Made by a program: the position numbers and the translations under genes. A stretch of DNA of 64,000 bases, taken from assembly GCF_009914755.1 (NCBI RefSeq), contig NC_060934.1; one strand, given 5' to 3'. This stretch comes from the human T2T-CHM13v2.0 reference genome, Homo sapiens. This document shows positions 9,597 to 23,210 of this stretch, piece after piece. The notes under the pieces were generated by a model, which was given only the letters and a program-made list of their open reading frames with translations, made no database searches and was not told where the DNA came from. The stretch's first letter is position 1. Each line of letters opens with the position of its first letter.

Positions 9597-11460
9597 TACC
9601 AGCAAGCCACGTGGTCAACCACCTTTCTGACTTTTTATTTTTGATGATTACTATTACTATTATTATGGAAAAATTAAAATGTCTTTTTTACCTTTTGTTT
9701 ACCAAGGGCCCCTTCATAAATAGCAGGCAAATGCCTAGCTTTGGGAGAAAAGGGCATTCTTAGCTGATTGAAATGAGACAAAGGGAATAAATGGCTGTAT
9801 TTGTGCTAAGAGCAAAGGATGCATCTTCCCACAGCCTCCTCGCTTTACTCTGCCATTGGTAGCTTAAAGACTTTCTTTTTCCTTGTGGTCTCCCTTTTTT
9901 CAAAATTGAAGTTGGGTTGGCTCTTTGTGAACCTCTCATCCCCACAGCAGAATCACCAACACTCTCCGCTTCCCCCAGCACACACACATACAACACAGAT
10001 CATTTCCCAGTTAGATCCGCAGGAAGTAGGTTGGTGGGGGTGGATGTAGCTGCAGAAAGCATGCACAACTTTGTGAAAGAGGCCCTGCCTTGTGCATGTC
10101 CATAGTGAGGCTACAGATGGCTTATTGTATATAATTACAATGTAAATAGCTTTTTATTTCCTAAGAAATAATTTAATGTTTAGTAAAAAAGAAAACAGAA
10201 AAAAGAAAGATGCGTGTGTTGGCTTACGCACTGGCCCTCAGAGCTGACCAACCCGCCAGGCCTGCTCAATGCATTGGGTTTGGATGCTCTCCTGTTGTCT
10301 GTCACACTTAACTCTTGCATCTCCTTGTCCATGCCATAGCTGGTTTCTACTTATGTATATAAAGGGGGGTGGGGGGAGGGGCTTCTCTGGGGCAATTGAT
10401 AAAGGAAGGACTCTAGTGACATCATAGAACATGGCAGTCGTTTTTGTTCCAAGAATGATATGAAAGGTGAAGAAGAGGCCCACTAGAGGCTTCATACTGA
10501 GACCCAGATGGGGGAAAACAGCTTCCTCTCTAAAAGGAAAAACTTGATATTTATCAGTCTGAGAAAATATTTTTTTCTAAAGAAGGCAGTCAGTGGATCT
10601 TAAAATGACAATCTGTTTTTAAATTGGATTCTATGAAAATGCATAATGCTTATGGTGAATTCTCAGGCTATTCTGAGCTCAGAAAAGTCCCCTGGGCACT
10701 AGGTAAAGCCCAGTGAATGTCTCTTGGCATGGGAGGAGTTAAAGAGGTTGGAAGGGAAGAGGCATTTGTGGAATTATGAGTTCATGCAAAACTCTCCAGG
10801 CCAAGTAGGGGTCTAGCCTTTAATGATATTAGTCAAAGGCAATTTTAGCAAAGCTGTGCTATTTGCTTGTCAGATGTACACAACTTCCTTAAAGTCAAAT
10901 GTCTGCCTTCAGTTCCCTTAAGGTAGTTCTTGCCTCTGGGGTGAGTGGCTTTCAAAGCCTTTTAGCTTTTCCAGCACCTCAGCCCCTTCACACATTTACA
11001 CATACCAATTTTTTTCAATAGGGTCACGTTAAGCCATGCTGTAAGCATTGTTTTTATTTTCAGGCTTAGCCTGAGCACACTTATTTTTGAAAATGATATA
11101 ATGTATATATATGGGAGGAAAGGCCACATTTTGTACCTGTTAATTTTTGTGGGATGTTGTTCCCATTCTTCTTTGTGAGACAGAGAGAATGTGATATAGA
11201 GAAATCTGGCTGGCTACAGTGTAGATCAGTATTAGGAATATTTCTAAAGATCCTGCTTTTTTGTTTCAAGGGTTAAATGGGGCAGACAATTGCAATACTT
11301 GTACTAAACACTGGAATACAAATGCATGACTCATATCTATATATACAGTATATGTACATATACTGTTCTTGGTTTTATTGTTCCACTTGAATATTTCTAC
11401 TGTAAAAAAAAGACAGTGGTTTTGAAATTGTTGAAAATAAATGTATTTTTGTACATCAAA
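9597..11460 (+). other. SORCS3: SORCS3 3' UTR (about 1.86 kb)
   Basis: Follows the stop codon; no recognisable transposon; U-rich with UGUA motifs; ends about 20 nt after AATAAA (cleavage position estimated). Confidence 0.8.
11436..11441 (+). terminator. Polyadenylation signal AATAAA of SORCS3
   Basis: Canonical hexamer with upstream TGTA elements, CA/A-rich cleavage region near 11458 and downstream GU/U-rich tract (gagttttctctttgg). Confidence 0.8.
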
Positions 11461-11508
11461 GCTACATACGTGGCTGAGTTTTCTCTTTGGGGAGTTTTCT
11501 TTATCCAC

Positions 11509-11950
11509 TGTGTCTGTAAACTATTGCTACAGTGATGCTACATGGAAAACAATGAATGGCTTATAACAACAGATGCTTGGTTTTTGCTCATGAATCTTTA
11601 GGTTGGCTCTGGTTTGGCTGAACATATCAGGACTGACCAGGCTCTGCTGGTCTGATCTGGAAGGAGGTTTCAGGTAGTTTGAGTCTGCTCCATGAATTAT
11701 CATCATCCTGGAACTGCAGCTACCCAGGGCATGTTTTTTCATGGTGGATTGTAGAATTCCAGGTGAGGCCAGTAGAACAACCCTATGTCTCTAAGGCCTG
11801 GGCTCAAAATGGTCACTTTATTTATCTTCATCCACATTCCGTTGACTAAAGAAAATCACACGGCCAAGTCCAACCTCCATGGCTAGAGAAATAGATTCTT
11901 TCTACTCTGGTACTAGGTACTATAATTGGAAACAATAATCTGATTTACTC
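11509..11950 (-). mobile_element. Old MLT1-type MaLR LTR just downstream of the poly(A) site
   Basis: ctattgct ... ggcttataacaac ... tttgctcatgaatct ... cacattccgttgactaaagaaaatcacacggccaag. Confidence 0.6.
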
Positions 11951-14900
11951 TGCCTATTCATTTTCCACTGCCCCATGGAGCGCTTTCACTAAATGACCTA
12001 TTTGAACCCATGTCAAAGTTTTTCATTCACATATATATGGCTGGGACCTCTGAGCAAAGGTCTTGGTAATTGCAAGGTCTTTGAGTTTGATATGAGTTCC
12101 CAATGAGTGGTAGAGATGATGGAATGCCAAGTCAGGTATGAAGACTTATTAAGCAAGAGCAATGAAAAGGAGAAAAACAACATGTGTCCGTTTTTTTTCC
12201 TTCTTCCAGCTGTTCGATGCATGAAACCGACAGCAAATGTCGTTTTTTGGTTCTTTGCTTATTAGTGGCTCTTCTTCACCAGGTAAATAAGGAAATGTAA
12301 ACTGGGCACCCAGAATAAGGGCTGTAAGTTGGATGTTTCTTCTTATTTCTTTAGTGTTTCAAATACGTGATAAAGTTCCATGGATCTAAGAAACCAGAAA
12401 TCATTTGTTGATAATTTAGTTGCATATTTTGGAAAGTGGCTCAATCTTCTGGAATCATATTTTCTGCACTTAAATTGAAGATAAAGAACTAAGCAAAGGT
12501 GGTTTTCTTTTGATTTGGGAATTTATTTTAAAATCATGTATAATTCTTACTATAACTTTTCTTGAGTTATACTCACCTTTTGAAAAATTTATATAAGTAC
12601 CTGCCTCACATATTGAGAATATCACTTAAGTATCTCAAAAAGAAGCAGGGGGTTTTCTTGGTCTAAGTGCCTATACTTCTTTTAGGGATTTTGACAGTTT
12701 GGAGCTTTCAAATAATGTAAAATGTCTATTATTTCTATCCTAAGCCAAAGACGAATTTTCTAAATGCATTAGTTTTTGCTTCCTAATGGGATCTGAGTTT
12801 TTCTTGTTAATTTTATGCCCAGGTTGGTGAAGTTTCTTCCCTGGATTAAGAGAGATGAAAGAGAAATAAAGCAGTAAGAAAATCTGAGTCAGTTGGGTCA
12901 TTTGGGTAAGCCATGGCTAAGAATATAGCCACTATATTCACCATCAGCATGAGTTTGTTAGATTTCTCAGTAGTAGACTGAGGCAGAGGCAGATAGCAGA
13001 GAGTGTGGTTGGCTTTGCAGCTATTTCCATACAGGGCTTCTCACCAGTGGTGAGGACACTCTTTGCATCAGAATTGCCTTTAAGGGAATTGTAAAGCTAA
13101 TAACTAGGCCCATGGAAGCACTCCAGGGCTGTATTCTTCCAGGATTCTCATGTACATGAAAATTTGAGAATAACTGCCTTATCTGCCACTAAAATAGTTC
13201 AGGAATAAGTATTGGGTAAAAGTCACGTCCTTTGACTCCTGTTATCATAATGCAAGTTACCTTAATCTACAGAAGTGAGAACAGCTTCCAAATTTGCTCA
13301 TTTCTTCCTGGGCAACAGCTGCAACTTTGAGAGTCGCTCAATGAGCTATCTGGGACAAAAATACACTGTGAGTTAAGGTGGTGACGGATTGTGCCTTGGA
13401 AAGAATACTGTGCTGGAAATTAGTAGATCTCTAACTTTCAGCAAGTAATTCTGGACCCAAGTACCTCATTCGTAAAAGGAAAACACTTCATGGCCCGCCT
13501 TGCTGGCTTGTTTTGATTTCCAGAGGTGTGAAAAGCACATTGCCAATTCCAGAAGTATGGCAGTATTAGGAGAACTCCCATCTGCAGAGCAATAGACAGA
13601 GAGGAAAGTGACTCCAAAAGTCACAAAGCAAGGTAATGCAGAGATGAAGATGGAGTCCAATGTTTATTATAATAAGGTGGGATCCTTACTACCACACATC
13701 TCTGTCAAAATGCAAAACAGATTGAACTGCATATCACTGGGCAACAGCGGAGAGCCTGACGGTAATGCCAGTCATATGGCTCCCATATTTTATAATGTCC
13801 AGAACAGTTTAGAATCTCACATCCCAAGTACACTCATCCTTCAGTGGCTCACAGCCTTCCTCATGCCGCTGCCCTCTGGACCCACCTGTTTAGCAGCCCA
13901 TGGCCTGACGCCCTTGCTTTTCCCACTGGACTGAAATGAAACTGCTCAGCAGACAGCTGCTCACCCCAGTTCCACCTGCTGGGCTGCTCATCTTTTAAAG
14001 TGATGAGCCTTATTCAGAGGGAGGAAGGCCAGAGAACAACATAAGCAATAAGGATGCCTCATCTGGATTATACCACATCCTGCCAAAATTCTCTCGTCTG
14101 CTCCAACAGTACTGCCAAAGGGGACCAGACATAACCCAACCATTAATTCCCAAAGCACTGTGCATCTTGATGTTCCTTAAACTTTAATCACCATGTTCTT
14201 TACAGTAGCAGAGTGTCCTTCAACAGGCTCTTTGCATTTCTGACCATGTATCATGATGAGACATAGGTTCATTCAGAGATGAACCAATGGAACATTGTAT
14301 ACAAAAAATGGGGGAGACCCTCAGTTAAGAGTTCAATTTACTGGAGACTAAAACTTGGATCCATCACTTTTCAATTATCTGAGACTCAGAGGGGTAAAAT
14401 GACATAATCAATTTTATGTCAATTTCCTTACCTATAAATTACAAATAATGACATCTACTTTCCAAGGTTGGAATCTAGATTAAATGAGATAATTTGGGTA
14501 AAGACACAAATAATAAATTGATTATGAGAAGTGCTAGTTTTATTGCACTGGATCTTTGCCCACATAGCACTGTCTCTGGCCTCGAGTTGTAAAAATTATC
14601 CAAGCAGTCTCACTTAGGGCTGTACCTGCAGAGGAAAAAATTCAGATTTACCTAAAGAGACATGCCTTCTCCATCAGTTCTCCTTCAGGAGGAAGATAAT
14701 TTTGTTTAAAATTTACTACTTACACATTGATCCCCAAAGTCATTGCTTCTTTTATTGCCTTTTAAATAATATGACTGATCTAATGTTGCTTGGACCATAT
14801 GGAAGGGGCAAGAGGTGGACTCTTCTAGTCAGAGTTGCCAAGAATGCCTCATAAAGTCAATGACTGGAAGCTCTCAGTTTCTAAAACATGTTCACTCTAA

Positions 14901-17342
14901 CCATGTGTGGGTGCCCCGGATGTAGCCATGCTAATGGGACAAAAACACTTTGGCCTTGCTTGTTTATGTTCTTCAGCTCAGGTATTAATAACATCATTTG
15001 CATCTCCCTCACTGTCCCTTACCATATAGTGCTTTTGTTTCGTGAGGACGTGTGCAGTCCCAGGTCCTGGGGTCACTGACTTGGGTTCCTTTGTCCACAC
15101 ACATTGAAAAAAATATCCGATAAACAATTACTTGTAAAAATATACCTCTTAGATAGCCAGAGATGCTAAGGGCACAGTTTCCCAGTGCCTTCCTTGAGCT
15201 GTGGTTCAAGAAGAGCTGTTCCAGAGTACATGCAAGATCCAGATTCCTTACAAAATGCCAGGGAAGACAGGAAAATAGATCATGACAGGCACACATGCCA
15301 TCTGTCATTACAGCTTAGTCGCTGGGGAACAATGCTGTTTGCAGCTATTAAAAATGAACCAGATAATGTGGAGCCCTCAGTGATTTGCTCCTGAGGAAAT
15401 GTGTGGTCTGTTCCCCAAAGAATAGAGACTTCTTCAGCAGAAATGTCTGTGCCCAGTGTCCTACATGCAGATGGCTTCTGGGCTCCAGGGATACTCTTAC
15501 CACCAAAAAGGCCCCATTTCTCCTCCCTGGGGCCTCTCCCAGAAGATTCTTCCTACTGTGCAAGGTTTTTCATTGCTTACTCCCATTTACAAAGGGTTAT
15601 TGCTGTCAGTATCCCAGGAACTGGCTGCAATTAGCAGTCTGTCCAACCACAGTGCATGGGGAGAGAAAGGAGATGCTGTGGTAGCAAACAGAGAGCAAAC
15701 AGGATTGTTTTTCTTGTCACTATTCTGTCTTTCTTGGTTTCGGGGTAGACTCACCTGGGAAGCACATAATTGTCTCCATAAACAACACATCTGGTCCTTG
15801 GAGTGCCAGAATGGTTTTCTTGCACTGTCCTTCCAAAATCTTATGGTTCAATTGGAGAATTGCTGGGTTTCTTTCATTGGCAACCAGGACTTGTCAAGGG
15901 AGGAGGTATCAAAGGAAGAAGAAGGGAGAGATGGGTCTAGAGAAATAAAGTTAATCTTTGTCAATTATGAAGCTCTGCTTGACACATTTGCATTTCAACT
16001 TGTCAATTTCAGAGTCTCCTCTGTGAGGGGAAATGCAGATGCTCCCCAGATTTCTAATCTATTTATAATAGTAACAAGGCAACTCTAGGCAGCGTGTGCT
16101 CATCATGAGCTAATCATCCTCCGCTATGCCTTGTGCCTCCTAATTAGTGGCATGTTGGTTGCCTACTGATCAAGTTGGAGCCTCATCCAGGCAATATGCG
16201 TGGGGAGGGCAGGTATGGGGAGAAGGAACACTGAACCCAGTGGAGCTCAGATCTTGGCAGGCTTTTTAATAACAGGTGGGCTTCACACCTTGTCTTGAAA
16301 TCCATCCTCTTTAAAGAGGCAGCCACCATGTCCATGGGTGCTAACAGGAATATGGCAAGTCTCCAAACACATGTCTCCTTTGTGTCTAGGAGCTCTCCAT
16401 AAGGAGATGCTGTCCTTCCAAAACCTCTTGGCTTGATGATATAGACCAGTGGGAGGCACAAGTAGAAGAAAAATAAATATTTAAATGTGCATCTGTAGCT
16501 GATAATGGGGCAAGGCCCCTTTCATTGATTTATCCATTCTTTCCTTAATAGAATATTTATTGAACACCTACTTTCTACCAGGCTCTGTTCTGGATACTAG
16601 GGATACATCAGTGGCCGTGACACACTTAAAATAGGGTGGCCACATTGGAATACATTTGGGGATGGATGAGACACTATCAATAATTACTGTGGGAAAAGTA
16701 GCATGAAACAGGGCTGTCTCAAGCAAACCAGGAAATGTGGTCAGTCTGACTTAAAATCCAGAGGAACCATTTATCCAAAGTCAGAGATTGTGTCCATGTT
16801 CCATTTACCCTTGAATTGGCATTTTTTCCCTTTCAAATGCTGACCTATGAGTGAAAATTCAACTCTCTAAGCCCCAAAACTATATTTATGGAGATCTCCC
16901 ATCAGCTTTGGTGTCTTCTGAGGACCTCTCATGGGGGTGGTGAACCCCAACATACTCAGAGGTCAGTGAGCACAAATCGAGATGGTTTTTGAAAAAGTCT
17001 TTAAAATACTGTATCAAATAGCGTTCTTAGTTGCAGAAAATAGACACTGATCCTGGCTAGTTCAAACAAAAGGAATTTATTACAAGGCTATCGGGAACTC
17101 ACAGAATCAGGTTTGAAACACTTATCTTGGAAAGAGCCAGAAGCCAAGATAGCTTTGGAGGGATGAGAATCAGGAAGATTAGGAATATTTTTCTAGCAGA
17201 CAGCATCTTATCAGACCTTTCCTCTGGGATGAATGAACTGCAGTTGTCTCTTCTACCTTTATGTTACTGAAGATTAAAAATTCCAGGTAGGTTCCCACAA
17301 TCCATAAAGTTTAGCTCCCATGCTCACTGCGTGTGCAATGAA

Positions 17343-18070
17343 TGTTACAGGCTGCATTGTGTTCCTCCAAAATTCGTGTGTCAGAACCCTTAACTCCCAG
17401 GGCCTCAGAATGGGATAGTATTTGGAGAATAGGTCTTTAATAAAGTGATTACGCTAAAATGAGGTCACATGGACGGGACCTAATCCAATGACTGGTGTCT
17501 TTATAAGAAGAAGAAACTAGGACACAGACAGGTACAGAGGAAGGTCATAAAAAGATACAGGGAGAAGATGGCCATCTTATAAGCCAAGGAGTGAATTTAA
17601 AACTTCTAACTTCCAGAATTGTGATGAAATAAATTTCTGTTATTTAAGCCAGCAGTCCCCAACCTTTCTGGCACCAGGGGTGGTTTTTTTGGAAGACAGT
17701 TTTTCCACAGACAGGGGGCAGGGGTGGGGGAGATGGTCTCGGTATTGAAAGTGTTCCACCCCAGATCATGAGGCATTAGTTAAATTCTCATAATAAGTGT
17801 GCAACCTAAATCCCTTGCATGCGCAGTTCACATTAGGGTTCATACTCTTATGAGACTCTAATGCCACTGCTGACCTGACAGGAGGTGGAGCTCAGGTGGT
17901 AATGATCATTTGGCTGCATTAGAGTCTCATAGGAGTGTGAATCCTATTGTGAACTGTGCATGCTAGGGATCTAGGTTCCTAATAGGCTAGGGACTGGTAT
18001 GGGTCCGCTGCCCCGGGGGTGGGGGATCGCTGGTCTATAGCACTGTTATGACAGCCCTAGCACACTAAAC
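17343..18070 (+). mobile_element. MLT1B/C LTR interrupted by MER1B
   Basis: tgttacaggctgcattgtg ... taaaatgaggtca ... aataaatttctgttatttaagcc, resuming as ttatgacagccctagcacactaaaca. Confidence 0.8.
17650..18032 (-). mobile_element. MER1B hAT element with internal rearrangement
   Basis: TIR-like ends cagcagtccccaacc ... ggtgggggatcgctg; internal MER1 motifs. Confidence 0.85.
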
Positions 18071-19894
18071 AGTGAAGAAAAAGATTAGGGAAGAAATCCC
18101 TAACTATTGTTCTGGCTTTTGAAGTAGTAGTAGAAGCATTTGGAGTTACTGTTCCTCTTATACAACATATGCTATAGGAAAAGTTCTCTCTCCTATTCCC
18201 TTCTAAGGAAATAAGTGAATGGTTATGAAGGCAGAATGGATGCTGGACAGAGAATGAATGTCCACTACAATAACTCCTCAAGTGCTTTTTAAAATCACTG
18301 TTCTTTGAGTATTTGTTGAGCATAAACTAAGAAACCAAGTGGCTGGTACTATGTTAAATGTTGGAATTTCAGATATGAATACAAAACTTCATTCCTGGTC
18401 TGGTGGAACTTCTTACTATTTAAGGAACATTCCTGTAAGTTGTTTTCAATCTTCTATCACACACTCTTTTGGGAGACAAAGTGCTTTAATAATTTAGGGA
18501 AAGGTAACAAAGAGAGGAAAGGAATAATTCTTTTATTCCCCAGAGGAAAAGTTGTGGTGAAAGTTAAGGAAGAATTCTCAAAGGAAATTTCATCTACACT
18601 AGCTATTTTTAAATGTTGTAATTTTCTCACACTTTTTTATTCCATCTAGAATAGTCCTTTCCTCTTCTCTCAGGAAAAATAATGGAATGCTGAAAGTTGG
18701 AGAAGGGACAGAACTGGAGGTTTAATGGGGATGGGGGAACAGTCAGAAATGAGCTAGAAAGCTGCTAGTCTGCAATGACAAGGTATTTATTTTCTATGTC
18801 ATTTCAAGTTTTTAAAAATAAGCACATATTCATTTCATAGTTATTTGTTAAAAAAGAAAAGTCACATCAGATGTTCATAATGGTTCTCCAGGTCTTGTGG
18901 ATTTTAGGGTATTGCCTTAGAGTCCTTTTAATAAACTTTTTAAGAAACATAATGAGATTGCTCTGCAATACTGATTATTAAGCATAGTTAACACAGGCAC
19001 ATCCATAGGTCAAAGACAGACAATAATTTCAAGAGAACTTATAGTAGTGTAATATCTGCTAGAGGATGGTTTATTGGTCTTTATAAGTGGAAAAAGAAAC
19101 TGTAATTTGTTCGGTCCTTCACAATAAGTATTAAAGATACAGGAAATCATTACTCAAGATTCTTGGCCAAGAAAATGGCTCTAATGTTGCTCTCTGCTTC
19201 TCTTTTATCTTTCTCCTTTCACAAAAGCAGAGAAACTTTTTTGGTTTAGTAATTTTGCTGGCAATGTACCATCCATAAGTATTTGCCATTGTTAACAAAT
19301 GTTGGAACAAAACAACACCAATTAAGGTTTTAAGTGGTTATCAAACAAGGCAAGAAATTCTGCATAAACTGCGAGGTGAAGAACTTAGCTTGGGGAAAGC
19401 ATCCCTGGTGCTGAGAAAATATTTTAAACAGAAGAGAAATTTTCCAATAAAATTTCTTCCTTCGACTTTAGTACCTACTTGACGCTCTGGCACAAGGTGA
19501 TGGCTAGGGATTCAGGTTTGGAATTCTGGAAGCCTCGGACTTGGAGGACATAGAATGGAAGGTGAGCAGGCTCAAACTAGCCCCATCCACTTTGGAAAAT
19601 GATCTACTCTTAAATTTTTTCCATTTCCAATATGTGCTTTTTGTGAGTGTTTATTGACATGTGGTGTAACCTTTCTTCCTTCAGATGAATTGTCTCCAAC
19701 TCTGAGCTCTCAGAATTAATGTCATCACTCCCCACCTCACACTCATCAAGGGCTTTTCATCTCCCTTTGGCGACAGGAGCATGATGTATAATAAGAATTT
19801 CTCCTTTGAAGGGCTAGAGATCTGCGTTCAATTCCAGTTTCTGCATTTATTAGCTGTATGGTCTTGGGTAAGTCTCTGACCTCCCCAAGCCTTA

Positions 19895-20250
<356 letters not shown>

Positions 20251-21226
20251 AAAATATAAAGCATTTGAAGTATAACAGATTCCACATCAGTAAGCATTTC
20301 CTCCACCCCCACCCTCCTTCCATGCTTTTCTAGGCAAGTCTTTGCTTGGGCCGAAGCAAAGCAAGGTTCAGACCCCAAGGCGTCCTGTTTGCCCCTCAAG
20401 AGGTCTCTACTCCAACCCATCCAACAACGCAGTGGTGCCTCTTCGCCCTCCTATAGGAAACAATGAAACAAATTTTGAAAAGATAGTCCCTAAACCAACC
20501 CCATCACCCCCACTAATATTTACACCTGTTCTTTTGTCAAGTCTCAGAGAAGAGCCACAATACCAATAATTTTGTAGAAGCAAAATTAGAGCCGGGACAG
20601 TGTAGGAGACAAGTGGCTGGCCCATGACGTGGTTGGTGTGCTGCTGGAGGATGAATGCCAAATTGCTAAATGCAGCCATCCCTGCCAACTGAACGTCTCC
20701 TTTTCTTTATAACAAATATGACACCATGCAAGGTCCTCCCTCTCCAAAAGCCTATCATTAGCTTTGTTATTATGGTTATTATCAACAATGTGGCAATTTC
20801 CTTGCATCTTTTAGGATCTTTCAATTATTCCATGCTTCTTTCTCTTCCCCTTTTTTTAAGTCTCCCTGACACCCTCAAATTCCTCCCTCTTTCTACCCCA
20901 AGTGCCACCGTTTCATTTCTTTCCCCCTCCCAAATTGTTTTCTGCGTAAAAGGATGGCAGTGACAGGAATTGAAACTAGCAGAATCTAGAATCTCTCTGA
21001 TTGAGGGGAAAGAAATGTTTGTATATTATTCAACATTCTCCACATTAATCATCTGAAGTTTCATTTTTGACTGAAGTCTTTTCTTTATCTTAAAGTCACT
21101 GACATAGATATATATCATGAAGTTAAAAAGATTGAATTACATCCTGTCAGCTACCTGCTAAAATGCATGGAGCATCAAAGCCCCAGCTCGTCTCTGGATG
21201 TACCAACTGTGGTATTTTACCTTTGG

Positions 21227-21303
21227 GTTTTTTTTTCTTTTCTTTTCTTTTCTTTTCTTTTCTTTTCTTTTCTTTTCTTTTCTTTTCTTTTCTTTTCTTT
21301 TCT
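21227..21303. repeat. (TTTTC)n pentanucleotide microsatellite
   Basis: About 14 perfect units. Confidence 0.97.
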
Positions 21304-21688
21304 CAGTGAACACACACTAACAGGGTTTGTCTCTTCATTGTGATGTAGGAATGATTGAAAATATTCTCTGTATTGTTTGATAAAAGACCTTTGCCAAAAA
21401 AGAGAACAGTTGTCATGTGAGCACATTTCCTAGTGGTGTTGAGATGTGCTTGAGTCAGGTTTAATGGGATGTGTTTGAGCAGCGATGTTGCCTGATGAGC
21501 CCAGGGCAGGAGCTTCTGTGTGAGGTCATGGGCCCCAATGGACTGTGGAAGCTCCCAAGTTTCAGTGCAGATTAGATACACAGCTGGCCTTGTTTCCTGA
21601 TAGCTGAGGTACCTGGGCTGGGGACATCCTGGGGGTTCATCCACCCACCGTGTTGTTACTACCTGAGAGTGAACAGCAACTAAAAGCC

Positions 21689-22143
21689 TGCATTAGTTTC
21701 CTACAGTGCTGTGGCAAATGACCACAAACTGAGTAACTTACAACAGCAGAAATTTATTTTCTCATAATTCTAGAGGCCAGAAGTCCAAAGTCAGGGAGTT
21801 GGCAGGGTTGGTTCCATCCAGAGTCTCTGAGGGGTAATCTGTTTCATTTCTCTCTCCTGGATTCTGGTGGCTGCTCGAGCTTCTCTGCATTCCTTAGCTT
21901 GTAAATGCATCACTCCAGTCTCCACCTCCATCTTCACCTCACCTTCTCAGTGAATTTTCCCTTCCTTCTTATAAACATATGTGTCAGTGGATTTAGGGTC
22001 CATCCCATTAATCCAAGATGATCTCATCTCAAGTTCCTTAATTATATATGCAAAGATCCTTTTTCTTTCTCAAATAAGAAGACTGTCATATTCATGTTCT
22101 GTATGGTCATATCTTGCGTAGGGTCACCATTTAACCCACTACA
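21689..22143 (-). mobile_element. MLT1C/D LTR
   Basis: tgcattagtttcct ... accacaaactg ... tctagaggccagaagtcc ... atttaacccactaca. Confidence 0.85.
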
Positions 22144-23210
22144 CAGGCCTATCCCAGAAAAAAAGTTAAAGAAAGATACAGGCAAAAGGATAACAGTTGA
22201 GATAAGCAGCATATCTGTGTGGATTCCACAGCGGCTCTCCCAATACTTAGCTGTTAACACGCAATGCTAGGCTCCATGCTCCATGTATTTTCCTTGGCTC
22301 CTCCTTTCCCAAGGAAACTTACCAGGCCAGGGTCCAGTCCTGTGGGTTAGAGTGAATCTGGGCTGTCTGTTACGGGATTGTTTTTGTGGTCTGTGTTTTG
22401 TAAATTACTATTGTTAGGTACCTTCACTTATATAAGCCCTTTAATCACACCAGCCTACGGACTGATTATTCATAAATTTCCCACTGATGGCCCTGCCCCC
22501 ACTTCCACCTGAAGGAGAAAAGAGAGTGGTCTGATTTCCAGTTTCTAGGACCCAGGTGAGGCTCCCTTTGCTAGTTATAGGATCCACCCTGCTGCCATGC
22601 TGTGGCCATCTCTCAAGAAAGAAGGGAGTTTTCTTTCATATGCCCTCTTGCAGGTTTCTGTGTTTTCATAAAATAGACTGAGCCATTAGATCCCATGATT
22701 TTCAGTGGTGCTTACAGGAGAGGAGAGGCTGGTGAAGAGGCCTTATAAATATCCAGGCTGGGTCACATGCTTCACTCAGGTTTCTCAAAACATTCTGCAT
22801 TAGGGTTAGTGGTCCAGGTCTTAGGAACAGGAATGCAGCAATTTGTTTTCCTTTGTCTTTCCTCTTGGGACTCTTGGGAACTTCATGGATAGGTGTGTTT
22901 GAGACAAGAGTGGAGCAGTTTTGAGTACCTTGGCCTCTCCTAAACCATCTTCATTCTCTAAAACCCTACTGTTGCTTCATAGGAAATGCATATTGAATTT
23001 AAATGGCTTTATTTATGTTCATCTAATGGAGGAAAGCAATTTCATGCAACTCTCCACTGCTCAGGACCAGTTATGCGGGAGTTAACAAAATGCGAAATGA
23101 TAGCCAAATTTAAAAGCTAGAGAAGGGTGTGTGTTGGGTAGATGGGAAAAAAACCATGTGGGAGACAAGTGAGAGGAGAGACAGGCTGAAGTGGCTGACA
23201 GCCCTCTCCC

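Noticed and set aside
15456-16088. Longest ORF in the window (210 aa)
   Set aside because: No ATG at the listed start, no recognisable domain, no exon or promoter context; compatible with chance
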